DNA of 64,000 nt from an uncultured Gemmatimonadaceae bacterium. GTDB taxonomy: Bacteria > Gemmatimonadota > Gemmatimonadetes > Gemmatimonadales > Gemmatimonadaceae. The stretch lies in NCBI GenBank assembly GCA_963829055.1, contig CAWHHI010000019.1:1-64000 (forward strand), written 5' to 3'. Shown one piece after another: positions 10,608 through 20,836 of the stretch; within the stretch, counting starts at the first letter, position 1; each line of letters starts with the position of its first letter. A model generated the notes under the pieces. The model had not been told where the DNA came from. It ran no database searches and was given only the letters and a program-made list of their open reading frames with translations. Position numbers and translations under genes: made by a program.

Positions 10608-10635
10608 AATCTACCGTGCGGAGGTTCGCAGTCAA
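10608..10635 (-). promoter_or_regulatory. Putative sigma70 promoter for purA
   Basis: TTGACT-16 nt-TAGATT on the minus strand. Confidence 0.55.
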
Positions 10636-10649
10636 CCAGCCAGGACCTT

Positions 10650-11146
10650 CTACATCACCGCTGCGGCTACGAGCCACGCCGCGATCACGACGCCAATGCC
10701 CGGTCTTCATCGCGGCTGCCACCACGCGGCCAATGAGCGCGCCCGTCGCGACCCGCGTCGCCATCCCCGCCGTCGCCTCACGGCGCGTGTACTCGGCCAC
10801 CAAGCGCGCCAGCAAACGATCCCGCGAACGCGCCGATCACCGATCCAATGATGGGTACGGGTACACCTACGATCGCGCCGATGATGCCACCGATGATGGC
10901 ACCCCAGCCCGCGCGCCGAGAACCGCCGTACTTCCGCGTGTATCGGGACGAGAGCGTGAACTCGAAGATCTCCGCGATGAGCGCGAGCACAGCCGTCGCG
11001 GCGATCGTGACCCAACCGATCGGGTCGCCAGGCACGAGCGCGTCGTAGCCGATTGCCGCGCCAATCATGATCCACGTGCCGGGCAGCCCGAGTGGAATGA
11101 GGAACAGCGACAACAGCAGGACCACACCAAAGATCAGCGCTTGCAT
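10650..11146 (-). CDS. DUF456 family membrane protein (apparent indels near 10800 and 10700)
   Basis: LIPLGLPGTW, RKYGGSRRAGWGAIIGGIIG, IGAFAGSF; the C-terminus AEYTRR...MKTGIGVVIAAWLVAAAVM is recovered by frame changes. Confidence 0.8.
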
Positions 11147-11160
11147 TTGATCGTTCTCTG

Positions 11161-12274
11161 TCAGGTCCTGGGCTGTAGCAGTTCGACGATCACGCCCGCC
11201 ACCTCGGCCATTCCGGCACCCGTGAGCAGTTCAGGGCGATCGCGTGGTGTGTGTATCCGGGCCAACGTACGGACTGATCCCTTGCTCAGTGTCACCACGC
11301 GCCAGCCCGCGTCCGCGAGCGGGACTCCGTCCGTGAGTACACCAGGCAGTAGCCAATGTGCGCGGACCGCCGCGCTTGCCCGCACGCCGGCCTCGAGCAC
11401 CGATTTCACCAGGGCATCAGGGCGCGCGCCGCTGTACATGCACGTCGTCGTACCGTGGTCGTCGACGCCGTCGCAGTTTATCGCGACAGCCGGCGCACCT
11501 CGCGCCGCGTTCCGAACCCATGCGCGCGCTCCGGCCATCCCCAACTCCTCGGCGCTCGTTAGGCATACACCAACCTCTATTCCTGTCGCGTCCTCCGCCG
11601 CGGTGAGCACTGTCGCGACGCCGCTGGCGTCGTCGAGCGCGCCCGGGGAGCGCGCGCCGACGATGCTGGCGACGACGGGCACCGCTCCCAGTACCGCCAA
11701 CGCCGCGAGCACCGCCCATGCGGTCCCATAGGCAACCGGGTCCGAGTCACCGTACTGTGCAGCAGCGATGGCGAGTGCGGCAATCCATGCGAGCGCGAGC
11801 AGCGTGATCCCCGCCGCCCGCGCGAGTATGGGCACAGGCTGCGACTTCGAGTCCAGGTGCGCCATGAGCCAAACCGGCGGCGGCGCGTTGGCAGCGATCG
11901 CACCACGACCGCCGACACTGCGTCGCACGGCGACGACGTTCACGCCGCGCCGCCGCTGTGCCGGGAACGTGAGCACGCCATCACGCGTTAGCGCACGGGC
12001 GACGAGCGCCAGCGCGGCGCCGCCTAACGTGAGCAGCGCCAGGGCGACGCCCGCGCGAGAGGACCGACCAGCCAGGCTCGCCCCCACGAGAATCGCCATT
12101 GCGGCGACGCCACCAACCGGCGTACCCCATCGCCCCGGAAACGCGGAATACTCGAACGGCTCCTCGCGAACGTCGAAGCCGGCCGCACGGAGACGACTCA
12201 CGCAGTAGTCCCGCGCTCGCGCCCTCCGCCTCGCTGCCCGCCGGGCGTGGCTCGGCGGCGAGCACGCGAACCAT
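11161..12274 (-). CDS. M28 family metallopeptidase, membrane-associated (apparent indel near 12220; start uncertain)
   Basis: PRPAGSEAE, MAHLDSK, GALDDASGV, SAEELG, NCDG, IHT motifs. Confidence 0.8.
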
Positions 12275-12342
12275 CTCGCGCCGGCCGTTCGGCGCGCGTC
12301 ACGGAACGCTCCGCCGTCGACACCGGCGGTGCGGACGGCGCG

Positions 12343-13242
12343 TCAGGCCGCGACCGTCACTCGCGAATCACGCAGCAGCGCATCGACGCGCGCCTCGTCC
12401 TCCGGGCCGAGCGGGAGAAGCGGCGCGCGCACGCGGCCTCCGCGCAGTCCGACGCGATCGAGGGCGGCCTTCACGCCCGCGACACCCATGCGTCCGACGA
12501 TCTCCGACGCCAGCGGCGTCGCAGCGCGCTGAGACTCCGCGGATGCATCGCGATCGTCTGCACCATGTCGCTCGTAGATGTCCAGCGTCAGCTCGGCAGC
12601 GAACAATGCCACGGCCAGAATTCCACCGCGCACGCCTAACTCGAGCGCCTCGTGAAACGACCCGCCGTGCCCCGTCAGCACCGTGAAATCGTCGCGCTGC
12701 GATTGCACGTAGCCGGCGAGCCGTGCGAGATCGCCTGCGCTGTCCTTCATACCCACGATGTTCTCGTGAGTAGACAGGCGCGCCACGAGGTCCGGTTCGA
12801 GCGCGAAGTGCATGTACTTCGGAATGTTGTACAGCAACACTGGAAGCGGGCTCTCGTCCGCCACGCGGCGGTAGTGCGCCTCGAGCGCCGGCGGCGTCAT
12901 GGCCGACGCGTAGTAGTGTGGAGCGACCACCAGCACCGCATGCGCGCCGTGCTCCTTCGCCACTCGGCAGCGCTGTATGCATTGACGCGTCGATTCGGCG
13001 CCCGTGCCGACGATCAGCATGGCGTCGCCCGACAGCTCCTGGCGCGCGCGCTCGATGAGCGAGCGGCGCTCCTCTTCATCGAGGAGCGCCGCTTCGCCGG
13101 TCGACCCGCACACCACAGCCCCGGTGAGCCCCGCCGCGGTGTACGCCCTGAGGTTCGTTGCGAAGGCATCGAGGTCCACCGTCTCATCCCGATTGCCGAA
13201 CGTCGTGACCACCGGTGCGAATACGCCGCGCAGATTGAGCAT
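12343..13242 (-). CDS. Dihydrodipicolinate synthase family aldolase
   Basis: GSTGE, VLLYNIP, NIVGMKDS, RAPLLPL. Confidence 0.92.
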   Translation of the reverse strand: MLNLRGVFAPVVTTFGNRDETVDLDAFATNLRAYTAAGLTGAVVCGSTGEAALLDEEERRSLIERARQELSGDAMLIVGTGAESTRQCIQRCRVAKEHGAHAVLVVAPHYYASAMTPPALEAHYRRVADESPLPVLLYNIPKYMHFALEPDLVARLSTHENIVGMKDSAGDLARLAGYVQSQRDDFTVLTGHGGSFHEALELGVRGGILAVALFAAELTLDIYERHGADDRDASAESQRAATPLASEIVGRMGVAGVKAALDRVGLRGGRVRAPLLPLGPEDEARVDALLRDSRVTVAA

Positions 13243-14411
13243 TACCGTCTTTTTCCTTTTCGTGGGGGTTCCGGTGCCGAGAGCGCTGTGGGCACGAGCC
13301 CCGCGATCCCGCCATCGTGGTCGTGATTGCCGTTCGACGTCTCTGGCCCGCTGCTCAGCATCTTCATCTCGAGCTCGAAGTCTGCTGGGCGCGACGACGC
13401 CGCTTTCGCGATCTCGAAAGATACCACGTCGGCGTTCACCAAGTCGACCAGGTGCTGGTCGAACGTCTGCATCTGATACGTCTCTCGGCCGTCTCGGATG
13501 AAGTCGCGAATCTCGCCGACGCGCGCTTCGAGGATGAGGTCGCGGATCGCGGGCGTCACGACCATCACCTCAGCGGCGACGACGCGCCCGTTGCCATCCT
13601 TGCGTGGCAGGAGGCGCTGGGAGATTACGGCGTTGAGCGACTCGGCGATACGAATCCGAACGACGTCCTGCTCCTCCGGCGGGAACATGGCGATGATGCG
13701 CATGATCGTCGTCACGGCATCCGGGGTGTGCAGCGTCGACAGCAGCAGGTGACCCGTCTCCGCGGCCTTGAGCGCGGTGTCGATCGTCTCGGAATCTCGC
13801 ATCTCACCGATCAGCACGACATCGGGGTCCTGACGCAGCGCCGCTTTCAGACCGTCACGGAAGCTGTCGGTGTCGATGCCCACCTCGCGTTGCGTGACCG
13901 ACGAGTTGATGTCGCGGTGCAGGAACTCGATCGGCTGCTCGAGCGTGACGATGTGCTTGTGCATCGTCGCGTTGATCGTGTGGACCATAGCGGCGAGCGA
14001 GCTCGATTTGCCCGAGCCCGTAACGCCTGTGACGAGGATCATCCCGCGCTCGGCCTCTGCGAGCTTCGCGATGACCGGCGGAAGCTGCAGAGAGTCGACG
14101 GTGGGAATGGTGAACGGAATCACCCGCATCACGATCATGAAGCTCGAGCGCTGGCGGAGAATGTTCACGCGAAATCGCCCGATCCCGGCGGCACCCCATG
14201 AGCAGTCGTAGTCGAGGATCTTGTCGATGCGCTGTTTGACGTCCTCGTTGTGAATCAGCCGCAACGCGATGGCTTTCGTCTGTTCAGGAGTCAGCGCCTG
14301 CTTCGTGAGCGCAACGAGGCGGCCATCGATACGTGCGCGAAATACGTCGCCGGCCTTGATGTGCAGGTCGGACGCGCCACGATCGACAGCCGCCTTGATG
14401 ATCTTTTCCAT
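13242..14411 (-). CDS. pilT: Type IV pilus retraction ATPase, PilT/PilU family
   Basis: GASDLH, GVTGSGKSS, ALRQDPDVVLIGEMRD, AAETGHLLLSTLHT, MQTFDQ. Confidence 0.9.
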   Translation of the reverse strand: MEKIIKAAVDRGASDLHIKAGDVFRARIDGRLVALTKQALTPEQTKAIALRLIHNEDVKQRIDKILDYDCSWGAAGIGRFRVNILRQRSSFMIVMRVIPFTIPTVDSLQLPPVIAKLAEAERGMILVTGVTGSGKSSSLAAMVHTINATMHKHIVTLEQPIEFLHRDINSSVTQREVGIDTDSFRDGLKAALRQDPDVVLIGEMRDSETIDTALKAAETGHLLLSTLHTPDAVTTIMRIIAMFPPEEQDVVRIRIAESLNAVISQRLLPRKDGNGRVVAAEVMVVTPAIRDLILEARVGEIRDFIRDGRETYQMQTFDQHLVDLVNADVVSFEIAKAASSRPADFELEMKMLSSGPETSNGNHDHDGGIAGLVPTALSAPEPPRKGKRR

Positions 14412-14429
14412 GAATGGATTGTCCGCAGT

Positions 14430-15476
14430 TCAGTAGCCCGCGTCCTTGTCTACGAGGTTCCGTAGCGGATCCCCGCGCCGATATCGCGCCCAGTTGTCGA
14501 GAAACACCTCGAGCTCGCGCTCCCAGAACCGCCTCGGGCTTACCGCCGCCACGTGCGGAGTGAGGAGCACCTGCCGGAGTGCCCAGAGTGGGCTATCCGC
14601 CGGGAGTGGCTCCTCCTGAAAAACGTCGAGCACCGCGCCGCGCAACGTCCCGCGCGTCAGACGGTCAATGAGCGCTGTCTCGTCGAGAAGCGCACCGCGC
14701 GCCACGTTTACGACGATTGCGCCGGGTGGTAGGCAATCCAAACGAGTTCCGTTCAGCAACGATCCAGTCTCCGGAGTAAGCGGAGTCGTCATTACCACAA
14801 TGTCGGAGCCCGGCAGTTCAGCGTCGAGCCCCGCTGGGCCGACCACTCGGTCGAACCCTTGCGGGGCGCCGAGCTCGGGCCGTCGGCGGACGCCCACACA
14901 CCGGGCTCCGAACGCGGCGAGGCGTCGACCGACGGCAGACCCGATGCCGCCGGTCCCGATGATGAGGACGCGGCACTCGCTGAGCTCGCGAACGGGCGAG
15001 GCGTCTCCAACAAACGGCTCCTTCTCCCACCGGCGCTGATCCTGTAGGCGGACGGCGATGTCGAAGCCGCGGAGCAGGTAGATGACACCGCCGACCACGT
15101 GTTCGGCGATTGTGTCGCCCATCACACCCGCGGAATTCGTCAGGCGGACATCGCTGCTGCGCATGGCCGGGAACAGCAGACTCGCGACGCCGGCAGCAGC
15201 GGAGTGAACCCACCGGAGGCGGGGTGCGGCGGCGAACAGCTGGGGCGAGAGCCCGAAGCCGAAGTACACCTCCGCCTCGCGTGCCGCCTCGAGCACTTCC
15301 TGGGTGATGCCCCCGCCGCCATCGCCGTCGGAGATGGTCGGGGCCGTGACGAAGTGGAGATCCCAGCCAGACGGGGCAGCGACGCGGATGGCGTCGGCGC
15401 CCCACGGGGGTAGCGACCAGTGGCGCGAGGTTGCCGCGAGATCGACGACGAGCCGTCGGCGCGGGGCTGACGTCAT
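14430..15476 (-). CDS. D-2-hydroxyacid dehydrogenase family protein
   Basis: IIGTGGIG, VNVARG, LDVFQEEPLP, LTPHVA. Confidence 0.92.
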   Translation of the reverse strand: MTSAPRRRLVVDLAATSRHWSLPPWGADAIRVAAPSGWDLHFVTAPTISDGDGGGGITQEVLEAAREAEVYFGFGLSPQLFAAAPRLRWVHSAAAGVASLLFPAMRSSDVRLTNSAGVMGDTIAEHVVGGVIYLLRGFDIAVRLQDQRRWEKEPFVGDASPVRELSECRVLIIGTGGIGSAVGRRLAAFGARCVGVRRRPELGAPQGFDRVVGPAGLDAELPGSDIVVMTTPLTPETGSLLNGTRLDCLPPGAIVVNVARGALLDETALIDRLTRGTLRGAVLDVFQEEPLPADSPLWALRQVLLTPHVAAVSPRRFWERELEVFLDNWARYRRGDPLRNLVDKDAGY

Positions 15477-15537
15477 CCCGCCCTACGACGGCTGCAGCGG
15501 GCGCAATGCGCGCCCGCAATGCTCCGCGTTAGGCCCG

Positions 15538-15792
15538 CTAGACGTCGAGATCCCGCACGTCGTCCGATGTCCCCGGCGATGGATCGCCGTACGACATGCT
15601 CCGCGCCTGCTCCTCGAGTTGCGCGATGGCCGCGTCGTCCGGCACCGTGGGCGTGGTGAATTCGCGGAACACCGTCGACTGGCAGTTCAGGCAAGTCAGG
15701 TTCGCCGGCACCGCATCGTCGAAGAACTGCTCGGCGCCGCACGTCACGCAGACCATGGTGGTAACGGAGCCGGAACCCTGCTTCTTTGCCAT
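15538..15792 (-). CDS. Small zinc-ribbon protein
   Basis: 84 aa with CVTC and CLNC pairs and an acidic tail. Confidence 0.7.
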   Translation of the reverse strand: MAKKQGSGSVTTMVCVTCGAEQFFDDAVPANLTCLNCQSTVFREFTTPTVPDDAAIAQLEEQARSMSYGDPSPGTSDDVRDLDV

Positions 15793-15865
15793 CGCGCGCT
15801 CTCAGTGAGAATGGCGCGCCGAAATTGCAAGAATGCGTGCGGCCTGACGGCCGGGCTCGCCCGCC

Positions 15866-16840
15866 TCACGCGAGTCCCATACGATCCTTTACCTCGCGCA
15901 TTGTCACTGCGGCAACGCGCCGCGCCGTCTGCGCGCCGTCCCCTGCCACCTGGTCCACGAGCTCCGGCTGCGAACGAATCTCAGCCGCCCGCGTGCGGAT
16001 CGGCGTGAGCTCGGTGTTGACGTTCTCGAACAACACCTTCTTGCACTCGATGCACCCCCAGCCCGCGGTCCGACACTGCGTCTCTACGTGGGAGACGACG
16101 TCCGGCGGGCTGAACGCGCGGTGCAGGTGATAGATGTTGCACACCTCCGGCGTTCCCGGGTCCGTCTTGCGCACACGCGCCGGATCGGTGACAGCGGGAC
16201 GGAGCTTCTCCCAGATCGAGGCCGGCTCCTCGAGCAGCCCGACCGTGTTGCCCATCGACTTCGACATCTTGGTGTTGCCGTCGAGCCCCATGATGCGGCG
16301 CGACGGCGTGAGCTTCGCCTGCGGCTCCGGGAAGTAGCCCTCACCGAAGCGCGCGTTCCACCGGCGCGCGATCTCACGCGAGAGCTCGAGGTGCTGCACC
16401 TGATCCTCACCGACCGGAACGAGGTCCGCCCGATAGAGCAGAATGTCCGCCGCCTGCAGCACCGGATAGTTCAGCAGCCCCGCGGGAATGCTCTCCTGGC
16501 GCGACGCCTTGTCCTTGAACTGCGTCTGCCGTTCGAGCTCTCCGAGCGGCGTGACCGTGTTGAATATCCACGCCAGTTCGGTATGTTCCGGCACCATGGA
16601 CTGGGCGAACACGGTCGCCACCGATGGGTCGAGGCCGGAAGCCAGGAGCGACACCATCATCTCGCGTCGGCGAGTGCGAAGATCGTCGGGCTCGTAGGGA
16701 ATCGTGATGGCGTGATAGTCCACGACGCAGAAGAACGATTCGTAGCTCCGCTGGAGCTCGACCCAGTTCTTCACCGCTCCCAGATAATTCCCGATGTGCA
16801 GCTCGCCGGATGGCTGGATGCCGCTGAAGATTCGTGACAT
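15866..16840 (-). CDS. trpS: Tryptophanyl-tRNA synthetase
   Basis: SGIQPSGELHIGNY, YPVLQAADIL, VPVGEDQ, KMSKS. Confidence 0.97.
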   Translation of the reverse strand: MSRIFSGIQPSGELHIGNYLGAVKNWVELQRSYESFFCVVDYHAITIPYEPDDLRTRRREMMVSLLASGLDPSVATVFAQSMVPEHTELAWIFNTVTPLGELERQTQFKDKASRQESIPAGLLNYPVLQAADILLYRADLVPVGEDQVQHLELSREIARRWNARFGEGYFPEPQAKLTPSRRIMGLDGNTKMSKSMGNTVGLLEEPASIWEKLRPAVTDPARVRKTDPGTPEVCNIYHLHRAFSPPDVVSHVETQCRTAGWGCIECKKVLFENVNTELTPIRTRAAEIRSQPELVDQVAGDGAQTARRVAAVTMREVKDRMGLA

Positions 16841-16902
16841 CCGCGCAACCTACCCATCAAAAAAACTCGGTGCAAGCGACTGATGAATCTGCTCTTCCGT
16901 CG

Positions 16903-17702
16903 ATGACCGCGGCGGAGCGACGGGCGCTGCTCGACGTGGCATCGGTGGCGGCCGACGCGGCAGCGGCGATCATCCGCGAGCGCGCCGCCGACGCTCGGTC
17001 GATCGCCTGGCGAGCTCAAGAGTCACTCGGACTTCGTCACCGAAGTCGACATGGCGGCCGAGCGCGCGATTCGTGAGGTCATCCACGCACGGCTGCCGGA
17101 TGCAGGCGTCCTCGGCGAAGAGCTGAGCCCAGCCGAGGTACCGAGTGGCGTCACGTTCGTGGTGGATCCACTCGACGGGACGACGAACTTCCTGCACGGC
17201 TTCCCCGCGTATGCCGTATCGATTGCCGTCGCGGTCGACGGCGTCGTCGAGGCCGGTGTCATTCTCGACGTGCCTCGCGGCGATCGCTACACGGCGCTCC
17301 GCGGTGAGGGCGCGTGGCGGAACGCGGAGCCGATCACGGTGTCGGCGATCGACGACCCTTCGAAAGCACTGATCGGCACGGGATTCCCGTTCAAGCATCT
17401 CGTGAATCTGGACGATGTATCAGCGGCAGTTCGCGGCGATCGTCGCCACGACGTCGGGGGTTCGCCGCCCAGGTGCAGCCGCGCTCGATCTCGCGTCTGT
17501 GGCCAGCGGCTCGTTCGACGGCTTCTGGGAGCTGACCCTCGCCCCATGGGACGTGGCCGCCGGCGTCCTGCTCGTTCGCGAAGCCGGCGGCATCGTGACG
17601 AACCTCGAGGGCACGCACGTCACCGGCCTCGATCACGGCGGCCTGGTAGCAGCGAGCCGCGCCATGCACGCGTGGCTGCTGAACACGCTCGCGACGGCGT
17701 GA
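16903..17702 (+). CDS. Inositol monophosphatase family protein (SuhB-like); apparent indels near 17012 and 17415
   Basis: DFVTEVD, LGEE, VDPLDGTTNF, RRPGAAALDL and PWDVAAG motifs spread over three frames. Confidence 0.85.
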
Positions 17703-17798
17703 CGAGTCGTTAGGCGCCGTCTCCGTTCCCGCGTCCCAGTTCCCCGGTCCGCTCGTCCCTTCCGTCTTTCGGCCTCCTCCCTCCGGCCTCCGTCCCCG

Positions 17799-19316
17799 AT
17801 GAAACTGATCGAGTGTGTCCCGAACTTTTCCGAAGGCCGACGCCCGGACCTCGTCGACGCGATTCGCGCCGCCATCGCCGCCGTCGAGTCCGTGCACATT
17901 CTCGACGTCTCTTCTGACGCCTCGCACAACCGGTCCGTGATCACGTTCGTCGCGTCTGTCGACCACGCCGTCGACGCGGCGTTCGCCGGCATCGCGAAAG
18001 CGCGCGAGCTCATCGACCTCACGACGCACCAGGGCGAGCACCCACGGCTCGGCGCGACCGACGTGGTGCCGTTCATTCCGCTCGAAGGCGCGACGATGGA
18101 CGACTGCATCGCACTCGCCCGCCGCCTCGGCGCACGCGTCGGCGACGAGCTCGAGATTCCGGTGTATCTCTACGAGCGCGCGGCGACGCGCCCCGATCGC
18201 GAGAACCTCGCCGACGTGCGACGCGGAGAGTTCGAAGGGCTGCGCGGAGAAATCGGCACCAACGCGGCGCGCGATCCGGACTTCGGTCCGAAACGCGTCC
18301 ATCCCACCGCGGGTGCCACCGTGGTCGGCGCCCGTCCCTTCCTCGTCGCGTACAACGTCTACCTCGGGCCCGCGTCGAACATTGGGGTCGCGAAGGATGT
18401 CGCGAAGGCCGTGCGCGGTTCGTCTGGAGGACTGCGCTACGTGAAGGGACTCGGCCTCGAAGTGGACGGACAGGCACAGGTCTCGATGAACCTCGTGGAC
18501 CTCGAGAAGACGCCGTTGTACCGCGCGTATGACATGGTGAAGATGGAAGCCGCTGCGCACGGCGTCGCGCCCACGTGGAGCGAGATCGTCGGCCTGGTGC
18601 CCGAGCGCGCGCTGTTCGAGACGGCCGCGCGCCACATTCAGCTTCGTGGGTTCTCGCCGGATGTCGTGCTGGAGCGCAAGGTGCGCGGGGTCATGTCGGG
18701 CGGCGTCAGCCTGTCGGGATTCGTCTCGTCGGTCGCGTCGTCGAGCCCGACGCCCGGCGGCGGGAGCGTCGTCGCGCACGCGGGCGCCCTTGCCGCGGCG
18801 CTCGCGCAGATGGTCGCGGGACTGACGGCGGGTCGAAAGAAATACGCGGCGGTGGACGCCGAGATGAAGAAGATCGGCCTCGAGGCTGCGGAGCTGGGTA
18901 ACTCGCTCGCCGCACTCGTCGACGCCGACGCCCGCGCCTACACGGCCGTGTCCGACGCGTACAAGTTGCCGAAGGAGCCGGAGGAAGCGCTCGTTAGGCG
19001 CACGACGGCGATCACCGACGCCCTCCTCGGCGCCTCACGCGTGCCGCTCGAGACGGCGCGCGCCTGCGCCGCGGTCGCCGAGCTCGCCGCGACGGTCGCG
19101 ACGAAGGGCAACACGAACGCGGTATCCGACGCCGGCGTTGCCGCGTTGCTCGCGGATGCGGCGTGTCGCGGCGCGGCCTACAACGTCCGCATCAACGTCG
19201 CCGCGCTCGACGATAAATCGCTCGGCGAGGCGCTGGTGACCGAAGCGAAAGAGCTGGTTGCGCAGACAGGGCGGTTCGCGGCGCAGGCAATCGCCGCTGT
19301 GGAGGCAGCGATCTGA
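17799..19316 (+). CDS. ftcD: Glutamate formimidoyltransferase / formiminotetrahydrofolate cyclodeaminase (bifunctional)
   Basis: MKLIECVPNFSEGR, HNRSVIT, GEHPRLGATDVVPF, then cyclodeaminase motifs PTPGGGS and NVRIN. Confidence 0.95.
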   Translation: MKLIECVPNFSEGRRPDLVDAIRAAIAAVESVHILDVSSDASHNRSVITFVASVDHAVDAAFAGIAKARELIDLTTHQGEHPRLGATDVVPFIPLEGATMDDCIALARRLGARVGDELEIPVYLYERAATRPDRENLADVRRGEFEGLRGEIGTNAARDPDFGPKRVHPTAGATVVGARPFLVAYNVYLGPASNIGVAKDVAKAVRGSSGGLRYVKGLGLEVDGQAQVSMNLVDLEKTPLYRAYDMVKMEAAAHGVAPTWSEIVGLVPERALFETAARHIQLRGFSPDVVLERKVRGVMSGGVSLSGFVSSVASSSPTPGGGSVVAHAGALAAALAQMVAGLTAGRKKYAAVDAEMKKIGLEAAELGNSLAALVDADARAYTAVSDAYKLPKEPEEALVRRTTAITDALLGASRVPLETARACAAVAELAATVATKGNTNAVSDAGVAALLADAACRGAAYNVRINVAALDDKSLGEALVTEAKELVAQTGRFAAQAIAAVEAAI

Positions 19317-19334
19317 CGGCGCACGCCGCCGCCG

Positions 19335-20088
19335 TCAGGCTTGCGTGAGTATGCGCGCGCCTGTCTCTGTAATGGCGACCGTATGCTCGAAATGCGCCGA
19401 CCGTGACCCATCGACGGTGACGACCGTCCAGCGGTCCGGCATCGTGCGCGTCGCCGGCCCGCCCGCGTTCACCATCGGTTCGATGGCGATCGTGAGCCCC
19501 GGCATGAGCTTCGTCCCGCGTCGCGGCTTGCCGTAGTTAGGCACCTGCGGCTCCTCGTGGAACGCCGACGCCGATGCCGTGGCCGACGAGATCCCGCACG
19601 ATCGTGAACCCCGACGCGTCGACGACCGCCTGGATCGCCGCGCCAATGTCGCCGATGTGGTTGTTAGGCAGCGCCGCCGCGACGCCCGCTACCAGCGCGC
19701 GCTGCGTCACGTCGAGCAGTCGCTGTGATTCCTCCGACACCTCGCCGACGCCAACCGTCGTGGCCGAATCGGTGTGGAAACCCTCGAACTTCACGCCGAC
19801 GTCGATCGAGATGATGTCGCCGTCCTTCAACACGCGGCGGCGTGAGGGAATGCCGTGCACGATCTCCTCGTTGATCGAGGCGCACACGCTACCGGGAAAC
19901 CCGTAGAGACCCTTGAACGACGGCGTTGCGCCGGGATGGCTGCGAATGAACGACTCCGCCAGCTCGTCGAGTTGCCACGTCGACATGCCGACGCGCGCCT
20001 CACGACGCAGCATCTCCACCGTGGCGCCGAGGATCTTCCCACCGTGCGCCATGATTTCGATCTCGCGCGGTGATTTGAGCTGAATCAC
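19335..20088 (-). CDS. map: Methionine aminopeptidase type I (apparent indel near 19562)
   Basis: [42 protein letters not shown]. Confidence 0.95.
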
Positions 20089-20751
20089 CGCCGGCTCTCA
20101 CCGCCGCGAATGCCGACGGAGGCGAGCGCGTCGAGCGCCCGAGTCGTCACGTCGTCCACGGGCCCAACCGCATCGACGGTGGCGATGCCTGTATCGTTGT
20201 TCCGATACCACTCGAGCACCGGCGCCGTCTGACGCTGATAGACGGCGAGCCGATTCCGAATCGCCTCGGGCTCATCGTCCTTGCGTCGGATCAGCGTCCC
20301 GCCGCACTTGTCGCAGCGTGTGCCCGGCTCGCGCCCGGTGTATGGCGTCTGGCACTGCTCGCACACGACGCGCGAGCTGAGACGCTCCACGAGATCGCTC
20401 GTCGTCGATGTCGAACATGAGCACGGCGTCGATCTTCCGCCCAAGCTCCCTGAGCACCCGACTCATGCCCTCGGCCTGCGGCGTGGTGCGCACGACGCCA
20501 TCGAGAAGCGAACCGCCCGCGAACTCGTCCTTGGCGAGCGACTCCTTCATGATGCCGAGGATCACCTCGTCGGGCACGAGGTCACCGCGCTCCATGTAGC
20601 CCTTTGCGGCGAGTCCCATGGGCGTGCCAGCTCGAAGGGCCGCGCGCAGCATGTCGCCGGTGGCGACGGTTGGCACGCCAAGCGCCGCGGCAATGCGCGG
20701 CGCTTGGGTACCCTTTCCTGCTCCGGGCTTACCGAACAGTACGATGTCCAT
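20085..20751 (-). CDS. adk: Adenylate kinase (apparent indel near 20398)
   Basis: GKPGAGKGTQ, TGDMLR, GDLVPD, Zn-lid CEQC...CDKC, RKDD. Confidence 0.95.
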
Positions 20752-20753
20752 TG

Positions 20754-20833
20754 ATCGGGAATCGGGAATTTGGGAATCGGGAATCGACGGGAACGTTGCC
20801 TTCGATTCCCGATTCCCGATTCCCCATTCCCGA
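20754..20833. repeat. Inverted heptamer array (GGGAATC)x~4 / (GATTCCC)x~4
   Basis: Directly visible between secY and adk. Confidence 0.85.
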
Positions 20834-20836
20834 CGA

